Shown here piece by piece: positions 11,803 through 26,643 of a stretch of DNA of 64,000 bases (positions within the stretch are counted from its first letter, which is position 1; each line of letters starts with the position of its first letter). Below the pieces are notes generated by a model. The model worked only from the letters and a program-made list of their open reading frames with translations. It ran no database searches and was not told the DNA's origin. The position numbers and the translations under genes were made by a program. The stretch lies in NCBI RefSeq assembly GCF_009914755.1, contig NC_060945.1. One strand, given 5' to 3'. The stretch comes from the human T2T-CHM13v2.0 reference genome, Homo sapiens.

Positions 11803-14133
11803 CTCTCTGCCTCCCCATATTTTAGATTAATTTGCATCATAATATCTCATGAACTTAGTGTTGTGTTGCCTATGAAGATAACTTTCTTCCCATTCATAAA
11901 ATAATTTTGGTTTTAATCTTCTATATATCTACAGTTGTAATCTTTCTCCTGTTTATCAGGTTTCAGAATGTGTGTGATGTAATCACTTGTGTATTTTATC
12001 TGCTTTGCTTCTGCTTCCACTCCTAAATAATGCTTAATTAAAAGGAGTCCATTTGAATGGATGTTTATCCTATTCATTATCTACAAGGAACCCCACAGTT
12101 AGGAAGGCATAGTCCTCATCCTGGAAGAAGAGATACAATGTTGCAATGCTTAGAGGAGGTGTTGATGTCCTAAAATAGTTTCCATATATCAAAGTTTCTT
12201 GGATTTTCCAGACAAAATATCTCATGCTATTCGCTGTTTTTCATACTTAGCTGAGAATCTAATTATGTGATGTTGCTATCTGTATATTGTCTTGAGAGTC
12301 AATTTTATATAAGCATGTTAGGGTACATTTTAAAGAGCTCAGCTTTGACAACTTAATATTTTTCATACTTAAAAGTTGTGTTTGATTTCCAAACACTTGA
12401 GAAAAGACATATAATAGTTTTACATGGTAACATTGATGACATATGTGCTTTTATACTAGTGCAAATGTCTTACATGTACCTGTGGTCTTCAAATAAGAGG
12501 ATAAACATGATATCAATAGTCATCAGCTTGTGTACTAGCTTTCCAGAATTAATGGATGTCTTCATCTGAAGCAATTTTTCAGGAGGACCAATTTGGTCTT
12601 CATGCAATGAGCTAAACAAGGATTATGCAAAACTATAATATCACATAAAAAAGATGTCCGAAGCCTGCTTACTTGAATACTATGGAAGGAACAACAATAT
12701 TTTGGATTCTTCCCTAAAGATGCAAGTTAATGTTTACAGGCATCTATTTTCTGGAGTCTCTTGTCTTCCCAAACCAACACATTCCATTCTCAATCATCTT
12801 CTCACTTATCAGCAGTGACGGAGTTGTTCATGAGCAGAGGACACTAAAGATTCCAAGTAGCCACTTGGCATCTTAGAGTATCATTGATGATCCTTCTGTT
12901 GAATACTTTCCTATTGTACAATAGTCCTGTTGTTCCTGCATTGTTCATTGAAGATTCTGGAAGACTGATTATTATTTTAATTTTGCGGAAAAGATATTGA
13001 AATATCTTTTTAATTGGAAGCTTTTACGGAGCATTCAGAAAACTGCAGATATCTCATCACCCATGCAAACATGCACAAAGGAAGAAAAGAAAACAGAGAG
13101 AGACAGAGAAAACACACTTATGATATATTTTGACATTTATTTACATAAACATGACATTTGGTACAGATGTAGTATAAGGTTCTTCCTCTGAATTTCACAT
13201 TTTTTGTTTCAGACAGTGAAAGGAAAAATGTTTGACATTTCACATGGGGAATTTTCACAGTCGATTGCTACATTCTTGTTAAAGAAAGCCTCAGATCACA
13301 TCAATGTAAAAGAGGACTGTTAGGGATAAAAAGGAACAGAAGAGATTGGAATCATCAAGGATTGAGATAAGTTTGAGAATCTGTCTGACATTTTTCCATC
13401 TTCTCTGAGAACCTTAAGCACTCCAGATAAGTGAAATCTTTCAAATCCTTATATGCTTCCAAAGAAGAGTCCTCCAAAGTGAAATATTTTAGTTGAGGTG
13501 TGTGCACCTCCCCTAAATGCCTCATAATTTAGTTGAAGTTTATGTTCACTTCTTATATTCTTTGTAAAATTTGAAAACAAGTGGTAACCAACTAGTCTAT
13601 AAAATATTTTCCTCAGCATATTGGCATGTTACATGAGCGTTCCAAAACCAAAATTAAGGTTTTTCTTTTTAAACCATAGTGAAAACAGATTTGATCTCAA
13701 TAGAACGGCTATTGAAATATATCTGGTAACTGGAAAGTCATTAGGGCCACAGTTATCAAACTAAATATAATCCCATCATTTATCATCAGTAATTAAAATT
13801 TAAGTTAGATGTGGGGCATGTAAATGAGAGAAACCTGGTATCATCAAACAATGTATTGCATCTTGATGACAAATGCCAGAGAAGCCCTATACATATACCA
13901 ACCTGATGCGTGTCCTGATTTATTATTTCTAATTCCATTTATAATTTCTTCAAATGCCTGTAGAGACTAATGGTTCTTTAAGTTTAAAACATCTCCATGT
14001 AGCTACCTGGTTTAATAGCCTGAGATCAAAAAAGCTACTGAGAAGTTATATATTTTGTTTGAAATGACTGGTGGAGGATATGATGAAATTAACATAAAGT
14101 AATAAAAATAGCATTTAAGAGTTCACATTTTCA

Positions 14134-14409
<276 letters not shown>

Positions 14410-15899
14410 TCATTCTCACATACTAATTAACATGCTAAATCTTATTTAGAGTTTATAAGTCTAATACATACTCCGTATTTTCATTGGAGTTCTTTGTGAA
14501 ATACAGATTTTAATGACTCCTAATTGCCTATATAATAAAGTACACACTCCTGAACGAGGTTCAGAAAATCTTCAATATCTGGGATCAACATGTATTTTCA
14601 ACTTCTCTTCGTGATCCTATTCCAAAACCCCCATATTTCCATTTCAATTTAATGTTCAAATTTCATAAAACCCTGCTTTTTAGTCACAGAAACTCTGCAT
14701 AAGCTACACCCTTCTGGAATATCCTTCTCTATTGTGCCTCTGCAAATTACTTTACATTTTTAAAAGCAGGTTACAAATGGCTCTCAGAGACATTTTCTGC
14801 ATCTCTTTACCCATATCCATGCATTATGCCTTAAACATTGCATTTTATTTTCTCCTGTCACTATAGAGGTTGGAAAAAACGTTCATATTGGCCTAATTTT
14901 CCTGGTTGTGTGTAAAGATAGGGGGAGGGATCACTTTGTCAATTCCTCACTCATCCTTTCTTAGAGATACTCCGACTTAATAGAGTATGGGTCCCAACAT
15001 AATGATTTATAATTATTTTGTTCTTGTCAAACGTATATCATCTTGGCCCAGGACGAATACTGCTCATTCAAGAATTTAATAGCGCTATTCAGTACATCAT
15101 CATATTTGAAACATCACACACTTTCAATGCATGCAATAGGCAAATAATACCAACCAAGAACCATATCAAGAAGAGGAGTGCTCCCACTTCTTTCCTTTCC
15201 TTCTTCCTTTTGTCTATAGAACTTTATTCAAAAACTAATTAATGCAATTACACAGGATATTGAACCTGTTTGCTTAGGTTCAATATCTATGAGATAAAGA
15301 TATTTTATAGACTATCCCTCTAGTCTCTAAGACTTTGACCTCCTTGTGGCCACAGATATGTCTTATTCGTATCAATTTTACTAGTTGCCAGTTCCTTGAA
15401 CAACGTAAACAGTCAATAAATGTTTTTGAATGTTAGATGAGTGAAATAAACTTTTTTTTACACTGAGATCAGATTTTTAAAAATCCAAGCCACTTATTTG
15501 ACATTGTTCCTTTGATTTTCTTTTTTTTCTTTATTAGCCACTCGAATTTAATATCTAGAGTCAAATTTTTGATTCTGGTCCTAAAAATTTCGTCTCCTAT
15601 ATTTCCTTATCTTAGTAAGTTTAAATTAATCTACTCGATTTCTCAAGCCAGAAATCAGAGTATCAAACATGATTCTTTTATTTCTCTTATTTCCCACTTA
15701 CAAACAATAAGCAAGTACTGTTTCTTTCTTCTAAGTATATCTCAAATGTATCTGCTTCTTTCCATATACGTGATCTCATCGTAAATCCTCCAAGCCTTCC
15801 TCATTCTCACAACTATACATCTTACTGATCTGCTTCACTCTATCCTTCTACTCTATTTCTCTTCTAAATTTCTTCCTCTCATTAAGTAAATTCAAGTTT

Positions 15900-16560
15900 C
15901 TGACCTATTTCATTTTCCTTTGTTCCAAAGAATTTCTTTTAACATTTCTTCCAAGGCAGTTCTCCTGGCAACAAATTCCCACAATTTCTATTTTTCTGAA
16001 GGATAAGTTCACTGGATACAGAATTGTAGGTTAGTTGTTTATTATTATTATTATTTATTTCCATAGGATTTTGGGGGACAGGTAGTATGTGGTTACATGA
16101 GTAAGTTCTTTAGTGGTGATTTGTGAGATTTTGGTACACCCATCACCCAAGCAGTATAAATTGAACCCAATTTGTAGTTTTTTATTAAAAAAAACTTTCA
16201 ATATTCTGCTTCACTTTTTGCTTGCTTGTATGATGTCTGATGAGAAGTCTAATGTGATTCTCATTCTTGCTTTTCTATAGGAATGATGTTTTTCTTCCCT
16301 TTAGTCTCTTTCAAGAATTTCTCTTTGCTTTGCTTTTCTGTAGGTTGACCATGATACACCTAGCTGAAGGTATTTTGGTATTTATCTTGACTGGTGTTTT
16401 CTGAACTTCCTAGATCTATGTTTTTAAGTGCCTATTATTAATTTTTTGAAATTCTCAGTCATTATTGCCTCACATAGTTCCTCTGTTACTTTATTTTTTC
16501 TTCTGATATTCTCATTATGTATACATTACACATTTTTTTGTAATTATTTTACAAAGTTGA
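15900..16560 (-). mobile_element. Old L1M fragment with a nested L1PB-like 3' end (~16040-16185)
   Basis: L1 antisense motifs (tctgatgagaagtct, ctttcaagaatttctctttgctttg); nested ggttacatgagtaagttctttagtggtgatttgtgagattttgg. Confidence 0.65.
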
Positions 16561-16617
16561 CCTCCAAGCTTTTTAAATGCTGCACCAGAAACTGACACAG
16601 AAACTGGAAGTCCAGAA

Positions 16618-16906
<289 letters not shown>

Positions 16907-18937
16907 TACTATTCTATGTAGTAGAATTTTTTTTAAACATCTATTTTTTTAAACATCTCTGTAATTTACTTCATGTAGCTATAGAACTGAAAAAAATAAT
17001 TGCTATGATCATTGATTTAGGTGCCCTAAACAGGGACAAAGTAGTCTGAACATTGTAGGGAGTGACTACACCTTCCCAAGACAGAGGCTCCAAAAAAATG
17101 GAAAGGCATTTCACAGTTGAAAATATGCCTCTTATATTTATATTATCTAATCACATTTTCCTATATTGGATTATATTTTATATTCATGAATGGAAGGAAT
17201 CATTTCAAGTTGGACGTATGATAAAATTAGTCACATATTTCTTGTGTTTGTAGAACATTTTTACTGTTTCTATTAGCTGTGAACCATTCAATTATGTTGA
17301 ATTTTAATCTTCAGTATTGTTACAATATGATGTTTTTTCTGCTTTTTTGGTCTCTTTGGAGACTAGCAACATAATCAAAATTCACTGGTATATCAAACTG
17401 TATCAGAGAAGTAACATTAGTATTCAGTTACGTATCATGAGAAAAATAATATTGTTTTGAATTCAAATTTGAACTCTCTCACTTACTAGTAATGAAATTT
17501 GGGCATGAGATTTAATCTCACTAAGGCTGTTTCTTCATCAGTGAGACAGAACTAATGTTAACAATCTAGCAAGTTGTAAGAAAAATTATGTTTAATATTT
17601 ATAAAAAGCCTGGAACCAGATATGTGAAAAAATTATACATTTTTTCTTCCATTATTTTTTCTTCAGGGACTGGTGTAACAGCAGAACTGAAATATTTGAA
17701 AATCAAATAAATGATTGTAAAATAAGGCATATGTTCTAGAACAGGTGAATGTGGTTTTGAATCTCAACTGTGCCCTAAAACTTTATGTATGTATGTATAT
17801 ATGTGTATGTGTATGCGTGTGTATCTCTATTTATCTATATTTTAGTTTATTCTTGGTTTATTCTGAACCTGTCTTCTCGTTTGTAAAAACATAATAGTTT
17901 TGGTACAGGAGAGTGGTTATGAGGATTAATGTGGTCATATATAAGATGTGCCAGGCACATAGTAGTTATTCTCCATGTTCCCCATCCAATAGTAAACACT
18001 TCTGTCAGAACCGATCAAAATCAAGCCATGGTACCCATTTATGAGCATCAAGTTGATTTGACAAAACAAGTAACTGAGAAACTGGAATTTGAAAAATAGC
18101 AATTTTAGGAAAGACGGCTATAGTTCTGTAGTTAAAATGCACATTGGAAGTATTGGAACGGTGTGGTACAATAAAGCAAGAGCATCAGATGTTTGAATTC
18201 TGCAAAACAAAGTTATATTTTTCATAGTTGCATCAGAACTTTATATATAATGTGGTAGTAGATGTAGATGTTCTTTTTTTGTTTTTTCCCTCAATTCTGT
18301 CTCAAATTAGTCCCTGTTACAGAAAGCTTTAGATGTTCTACCAAGTCTATGCTCTCCTCTTCTTTCTGGACACATGATTGCATTTTATATGTAACAGCCT
18401 CTTTTGAGGTTAGGAAAGGCCAAGCTGCTGAGTTCTATGCTAAACTGCAATGGAGTGCAACCTCTGGGGCAATGCTGACAGTCACATCATAGTCAAGTCT
18501 CTGTCAACTAATCCCTGACTGCATGGAGGGCTTCTCTGTTGATTTTGTTCCTGCTTACTCTAAATTTACTATTACTCGAAGGATACTGATTTCAAATTCC
18601 ATGTAGCCATATAGTGCTTGAACACTTTGACAGTCACTAAGTCATATTGCTCTATGTACTTTGATTTTTTTCATAGGTCCTTTAATAAATTATCTTCTCT
18701 ACCTCTGGAAACATTCAATAGTCTCCATAATTAATTCAGAGTCTAAAAGTCATCCATATTACATAAAGTGATTGACATATCTTAAGGGAATAACTAGACA
18801 AAAAATAAGGTACATGTAAATGATAACATATGAAAAAGTATGATTTGTATGCCAAGATATGATTTATTAGAAATAAAATAGATGAAAATAGTTTTACCCA
18901 AATTGAAAAACATCAAGCTTTAAAATACTATACATAA

Positions 18938-18957
18938 TGTGTGTGTGCATGTGTGTG

Positions 18958-18989
<32 letters not shown>

Positions 18990-19003
18990 CGTGTGTGTGT
19001 GTA
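18938..19003 (+). repeat. (TG)n microsatellite, interrupted
   Basis: ~33 TG units with a few interruptions, in the 3' flank of the 19-kb pseudogene. Confidence 0.95.
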
Positions 19004-19144
19004 TGATAAGAAATCCGGAAGCAAAGAAAAGTTGTTAAGAATATTTGGTATAGAATTGGAAGAGATAACGTATCTCATGTAGAATAAGAAGCACTGATGA
19101 ATGATCTATCAAAGCCAGTAAGCATGAGTTTTTGTTCCAGCTAT

Positions 19145-19682
19145 TCATGATAATTTTCTTTCATAAGTATACTGCCAGTTGCTCAAGGAAAATAAATATG
19201 GCTGAAAGTTGCTCTATGTATAGCTTATGGGTCTCTAGCAGTCAGACTCGTAGCTAAGAGGTTGGCATCCATAGAACAGATTTCTTAGGGGTTGATGATC
19301 ATAGGTCAGGTAGCTCAGTGGCTGACGGCCATAGGGAAGGGAGTTCAGTTGTTGACAGCTATCAGATTGGTAACTTGGAAGATGGCAGTTGAAAGGCTGT
19401 CTACAGGATTCTGAATAATAAGAACTGGAACTATGGGATGAGATAGGAAGACAGCTAGTTCCTTGATGGGATATGGACTCATCGGAAACAATCGAAGAGT
19501 AGACAGAAGGGCCGCAGGCACCACACCCTCACCACATGACTTGTGACAGTTGTCATGGCACGTGAGCTCCACAGCTCACCTTAGTTATGCAGAGAGCACT
19601 GGGTGAGGTGACAGGAACCTGGTGGGGATTCCAAAGGGAGTGAGAGCTGTAGTTTTCAAAGCAGAAATTGCCGTTAAGACAT
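19145..19682 (-). pseudogene. Unprocessed KRTAP pseudogene (KRTAP25/26-like, PMG family)
   Basis: ATG TCT then a frameshift into NGNFCFENYSSHSLWNPHQVPVTSPSALCITKVSCG / CHDNCHKSCGE / ACGPSVY / HQGTSCLPISSHSSSS...SCQQLNSLPYGRQPLSYLTYDHQPLRNLFYGCQPLSYESDC*RPISYT*SNFQPYLFSLSNWQYTYERKLS*. TATATA at 19768-19773; AATAAA at 18863-18868. Confidence 0.88.
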
Positions 19683-21250
19683 AGTGGAGACAGAAGATCA
19701 AGCCTTGATTAAATTGCAGAGAGCAGGTTGCTGAAGTGTAGTTGTTGTCTATGTGACCTATCGTTTCTATATACCCTGAATGCTGGGTGTTGGTTTCCTC
19801 TATAGCCAATATATAGGCTATAGAGGAAATCATTTGTATGACATCTTACTAGAATTTTACTTAATCGCCTACCAAGCAGTCCTCCCACCACCGTATAAAA
19901 TATATATTATCAATATCACATCCTTCAAATAACTGTCATTCCAAAGTCAATCTGGTCTTCCTTGCTTAATCTTTCTTACAGTATAGGTAAACTGCTTCTT
20001 TAGAAATCATGTTCCTTTGTCAGTCTTGACAATTCCTTGAACTCACTGCTAAAAAGCCACAGATGGATCTCCATAATTGGAGAGAATTTCTTTATGGCCA
20101 CTTTTTTTTTCCCACAGAACCAAACTATCTATATATTAACATTTAAAAGTATTAGTGAGATATTTTTAGAAGAGCTAAATAATGAAAATTCTTAATTTGG
20201 AAACTGAACCTTATTTTGCATTCTTCTGAGACATAACCTAGATCCAAAACCTAATTCATCTCTGGAAAATTTGACATCATTTTCAAGTGTGTCTTTCCAA
20301 TGAAGAATGTTGGCCTCAAAAGCTTTGACAAGCTTTGCTAAGATCCACACCCAATGAGCATATAAGTCACTGTTCTATATTTTGTGAGCAAGAAACTGAA
20401 GGTGTTAGCACACATGTTTTGATAGGTGCTGTGTAAGAAAGAGGCCATCTTGCCTTGGATGCTTGCTAGGTAAATCTCAGCATGATATTGCAAATATGAA
20501 GAGAATGCTTATGTTTGTAACCTGTTTCTATATTACTATTTTCCAAGGAATATATTCCTGTACATAAAAGATTTTGAAATAATTCATGTTTTTCTAATTA
20601 GTTTGCTAAGAGAGGCCGTTTAATTTACAATGAAGTTTTTTTTCCAAAGGTACACTTTTTGGTTGATTATTTGGATTCAGAATGTATTTATACATGGAAA
20701 GGAAGTGAAAATTCCTAGACTAGTCTTCCCCAGAGAAACATATTTTTAGCCTAGTAACATAAATGAACTCTACAACTCAATTTTGACCACATTAGGATAA
20801 ATGGATCTTACTACTTCCTTGAGGGGTTTCATTTGAAGGGACTACTTAGATTATGGCACCTCTGAAAATCTGCTTTTGGTAGTACACATTGCGGTGGGAA
20901 AATAGTAGATCTTATCTAGAACAGCATTCCTCCTCCTAGTTCTCAGTGTGAGAGTCATCTTTTTCAATGGTGAAGGAACAAGAGCTGACATTTATGGTTC
21001 AAGCAAATGTAGCCAGAACTCATGATTTGGAGTGCCAAATCTAGTTATAAAGCTCTCAACATAAATTTCCTATGTTTCATTTTTCTTGACTATAAAGTGA
21101 AATAAAATGGGCACATTAAACACCATTTCACCAGTATCTTTAATGATTTAATTTTTTAAATGTATATGAAAGGCTCTGAGCATTATCCACTTAGCATACC
21201 CTGGATGAAGCGGCTTATGCAAATTAGTCTGACTGAGACATGAGGCACAG

Positions 21251-21816
21251 CGTATTAGTCAGGGTTCTCTAGAGGGACAGAACTAATAGGATAGATGTAT
21301 ATATGAAAGGGAGTTTAGTAAGGAGAATTGACTCACAGGATTGCAAGGTGAAGTCCCACGATAGGCCGTCTGCAAGCTGAGGAGCAAAGAAGCCAAATAG
21401 TGGCTCAGTCCGAGTCCCAAAACCTCAAAAGTAGGGAAGCCGACAGTACAGCCTTCAGTCTGTAGCCAAAGGCCCGCGAGCTCCTGGCACACCACTGGTG
21501 TAAGTCCAAGAGTCTAAAAGCTGAAGAACTTGGAGTCTGATGTTCGAGAGCAGGAAGCATCCAGCGTGTGAGGAAGTTGAAGGCCGGGAGACTCAGCAAG
21601 TCTGCTCATTCCACCTTCTTCTGCCTGCTATTTCTAGCAGTGCTGGCAGCAAATTGGATGGTGCCCATCCAGATTGAGGGTGGGTCTGCCCCTCCTCGTC
21701 CATTGACTCAAATGTGAATCTCCTCTGGCAACACCCAGAAACACCCAGATACACCCAGAGGCAATAACTTTCATCCTTCAATCCAATCAAGTTGACATTT
21801 ACTATTAGCCATCACA
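21251..21816 (-). mobile_element. ERVL solo LTR (MLT2A/B)
   Basis: gtattagtcagggttctctagagggacagaactaatagg...aatccaatcaagttgaca...ccatcaca; 5-bp TSD CACAG on both sides. Confidence 0.92.
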
Positions 21817-23349
21817 CACAGCAATCATGGCCAACATAGAATTGACTGAGCTGGTTTTCTAGATTGCTGTCACATGCTGCCTTTTTCAACTCAGCTTGTG
21901 GAAAAGGGCAAACCTTCCCCCACAGAGGAGAGACATTTCTTAGTTGAGGGTACATGAGTAGCTGAACTTTCTTGCTCAAAGCCTTTAAATCTCTCATGGC
22001 TCATTTATGCAAATTCAGTAATTAGATAAAGTCTTTTCCCTATTTGAGACAACAGGAAACTTCCACACTAGTGTTGAGTATATATCAGTTCCTGTGTATG
22101 CATATTCAACAGTCATATTTATATGAATCCCAATGATATTGGTAGCACTATAAATACCTTTTATGATCTTTGGATAAATTGGAAATCAAGTAAGTCAGGT
22201 TGTAATTATTTTTGTTGAGTGTCTTATAACTAGCAACATACTTCACCATCCTTGCCTTGAAGAGTGGAACATTTATTTTTAAAGTTTGGCCAACTGACCA
22301 TTAAATTTAAAAAATGGATACCAGAGGCAACATATCTTTCCTAATCCTGCAAAGAGATGTTCTCTAATGATTTAGGACCCTCAAACCAATTAAGTTCTCA
22401 CATACCCACAAAAGTTCAAGTGTCTTCATGATTCACGAGGACTTATCCTTTATATTTATCAATAGCCAACAATTGAATTGTGCTATTGTGTGAGTGGATT
22501 GATTAGCCATGGTTAGATCCCCATCATCAGATACCCATGACATAACTAACTGGGCATTACTGTACATAAGGCCTGTTTTTCCTTTTTTTGATTCAGTTAG
22601 TATACAAGTCTATATTTAGTGAAGTATATAATGCTGATTTACCTCCAATATACTATATTTTCAAGTACATGTATGGACAAAAATGCCACAAGCGTCAAAA
22701 GAATGGAAATGTTACTATCTTTCCCCTGAGGCTATAAAAACATAAAAACAAACAAACAAACAAAAACAACCGAATTATTTGTAGCTCCAACTGCCTTCTA
22801 AACCTCGGTCTACTTACAAGGAGGTTGATTTGTTATTTTGGGAACATGGGTTGGTGCAGATGTCTAAGTTTGGAAGTAAGATTTAGAGAGTGCTGAACTT
22901 TTTTACATTCGAGAATGAGAAGATTTTGGAGCTCCCAGAATTAATCCGAATGTGAGATAACTGGAGACAAAAGAACACAGGGGCTGAAAGAGTTATGCTA
23001 TATGCACTGTTATATGGCCCCACTATTTGAATAATCTTTAGAGTAACATTATTGATTCATTTCTTTTGGAAAATAGTAAAGGGCTATGTACAGCTTCTGG
23101 GTGGATGATGAGATAACTAACCAGAATAGAATCAGTTAACACTGGGCCATAATACCCAGGGAATTAGTAGAAATGGCAAGATGGCATAGGATTTCACAGA
23201 TCATGGAAATGGTAGGGATCAGAGTCAATTATAGCCAAGGATGAAAGGAGGACACAATTCTGCCTCATTTTCTAGCCCTATCTGTATTTCATATCATGAA
23301 ATTATAAAGCTAGGGGAGATCACAGTAAATCACTTGGTTTTCTCATTTT

Positions 23350-24280
23350 ATTTAGAATTTGTTTCTCTTTATGTCATTAGGATAGTTTCTGTTTCTGCAT
23401 TTTGAAATTTATTAATATTCTCTTCTGCAGTGTCTAACCTTCTGTTAAAGCCATTTATTGTATTTTCCACCTCACTCATTTTAGTTTTTATCTCTGTAAT
23501 TGTGATTTGAGTCTTTGTTTATATCTTCCATTTCTCTAACATGAACAAAATTTTCTCTAGCTTCTTAAATATATAAATACAGTTATATTAATTGTTTGAA
23601 TGTCCTTTCCTAACAATTCTATCATCTGCATAATTTCTGATTAGTTGTGGTTGATTTTTTTTCTCCCTATTATAGGTCTTATTTCTCTGTTTATTTTCCC
23701 GCTTGTTAACTTTTGATTGAATGCCAGATATTATGATTTAACATTTTGTGTGTGTTGTATATTTTTGTATTCTTATAAAAACTCCTGTGATTTGTTCTGG
23801 AACACAGATAATTTACTCAGAAACAGCTTGATCCTTTTGAGTCTTGCTTGTAAGCATCATTAGGTAGAACTAAAGCAGCATTTAATATAGGATAATTTTA
23901 GCCCCAGGACTGAAAGAAAACCCTTCCTAGTTTTATACCAGTTTTCTACTCTGTCTGTTGAGAATATAAACTATTCTCAGCCATCTTTGGGCTCCAATTA
24001 TCTCTCTTCTAATTCTTTTGGGTGTCCCTACACTAAGCTTCATGCAGTGTACTGATGGTTATGACTCAGTGAAGGCTTTGATGTATCCTCTGTAGATCCC
24101 TGCAACCCTCTTTCTATTCAGTTCTCACAACTGTCTTTCATGGAATACCGTGATTTATTTGCCTATTATCCAAAGTCCTGAAAACCCATGTTTTAGATAT
24201 TTATCTAGTTACAGTATTACTTCAGATGGAAGAATAATCTTGTCTCTGCAACTCCATCTTGTCTGGAAGCAAGTCCAAAT
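23350..24280 (-). mobile_element. Old L1M fragment
   Basis: T-rich L1M-like antisense (tcttctgcagtgtcta, ttgaatgccagatatt, ccatcttgtctggaagcaag). Confidence 0.55.
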
Positions 24281-25049
24281 CATCTCGTTTGAATCTCTGT
24301 TTTCGTACAGATAAATATCCAATAAATAAAGAAAATCAATTTACCATAGTTTTTGAAAATAATTAAATACAGACTGCGTATTTTGTAGAGTCATAGAGAT
24401 AGTTTTTCTTACTCTAAAGATCTTGTTTGTGTTCAACAATCAACATTCCTATTTTATGTTAATCCACTGTCTTCACTTATGGTTGTTTTGAGTATGAAGA
24501 TCAGTTTCTTAGGATAGCTTTCAAGCAAAAGAAATAAGTTATGCTTCACTTTAGGCCAACAAGCCCCACTTCTTTATTCTCATATATATATAAAAGTTCT
24601 CAAGAAATTTCTTTGTTTTTTTTAATTGTCGTTATTGTTGTTGTTTTAGAAAAATAGGGAGCAATGTTCTACCAAGAGACTCTCAAAGGATGACTCTGGA
24701 AAGGAAAGTAATATCTCAGCTATCAAATATTTAATTCCCTACTAACGCAATCAAAAATGATATTGTCATTGCATAATTCTTCATATATATTGCATGGTCA
24801 GCTATGTCTTGGATGTAGCTTTTTCTCTTCTTTTTCATAAATATTTTTATTCAATGATATGTCAAACATGATATCATAATAATTACCAAAGTGGATAAAG
24901 CATTATGAAATATAAGTTTACTATGAAGAATATTTTGATGAGTCTTTAAGCAACACCTTCCTAAGGCCAAAGGCTCAATGAATCTGCAAGGGTTTGTGAT
25001 GTCTAAAACATTATCTCCTCACACGGAATATATACACATATATATATTC

Positions 25050-26000
25050 CTCACAAGAAATATACAGGATGAAACTAGAGATCTTCTTCTAGAAAAAAGG
25101 AGTGTTCAACAACAAAATGAAACAAAAGTATGAGGTTTGTTAAAAAGACACAAGAGCCAACTAATGTAGCTCTTAATGGTCAAAGCTGGAAAAATTTGAG
25201 CAAAAAAACCACAGGTAATATTAGATTATAACCTAATGTATTGTATTTATGCATTTATACTGATATAAATAAATAATTGTATAAACAGAAAGTAGAAGAG
25301 AATAAGCGAATATTCGAATGCAGAAGGACTCCAAGTAATATACACAGATACTCCTTAAGGAGGTAAAGAATGATTCCCACTTAATATGAACTGCACACAG
25401 TGGATTTCTTCCAAAAAATACAGTATGAAAAGGGGGGGAAAATGAGTAACTTCACAGCGGAATCTTGATGAACACTACTGCAGCAAAGTGATCGAGGTTA
25501 ACACCAATAGTGATTAGTCATGTTGATGGCATATGCTCTTGATGTGGAATTTTACCTCGCTGGTCTTTCTCCTGCAAACCTAGAATTCTATTCTAATCCT
25601 GAGAAAGATATCGGCCAAATCTACATTGGGAACAATCTGTAAAATTCCTGACTGACACTCTTTAAAAATGTCAAGGGCATCAAACACAAGGAATATCTGA
25701 GGAACTATCACAGACAAAAATAGCCTAAAGAGACATGACAATTAAACGTAATGTACTATCTCAAGTGGGATCCTAGAACATAAAAAAGACATTAGTTAAA
25801 AACTAAAGAAGTGTGAATGAAGTATGGACGTTAGTTCATAATAATAAATCAACATTGGTTCATTAATTGTGACAAATATGAATACCAATGCATGCTGTCA
25901 TTAATAGGAGAAACCAGGTGCAGGATATATGGAACTAGGTATTATCTTCATGACTTTTCTGCAAATATAAAACAGCTTAAAATAAAGAATTTATTTATAA
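25050..26000 (+). mobile_element. L1MC-like 3' region
   Basis: gagtaacttcacagcgga...gggatcctagaaca...ttcattaattgtgacaaat...taaaataaa. Confidence 0.7.
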
Positions 26001-26340
26001 TGCAAACAATAGGTTAAATTCTTTACTAATGAAAAATCAAAGAGATTTGTTTATTTTACATCTTCATCAGCTTATTCCAAAGCTACTGAGGCTTAACTTT
26101 TGTCAAATAAGCTAACATTTAATTATAATTCACATTTTGGTACCATTCAGGTACTATTTATAATGCACTTTCTCATATTTCACCTCATTTAATTTTTGTG
26201 ACAAGTGTCTGAGTCAGGAAGGCAGGTTTGTTTTACTGATGAGAAGATAAATTTAAAATTTTACTCAATTTATCCACGTCACAGAATTATTAACAAGCAC
26301 AGCTGAGATTATAAGTCAGCTCTTGTGATAGCTTACCTAG

Positions 26341-26643
<303 letters not shown>

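Noticed and set aside
21283-21997. Cluster of minus-strand ORFs
   Set aside because: They lie within or beside the MLT2 solo LTR and are non-coding.
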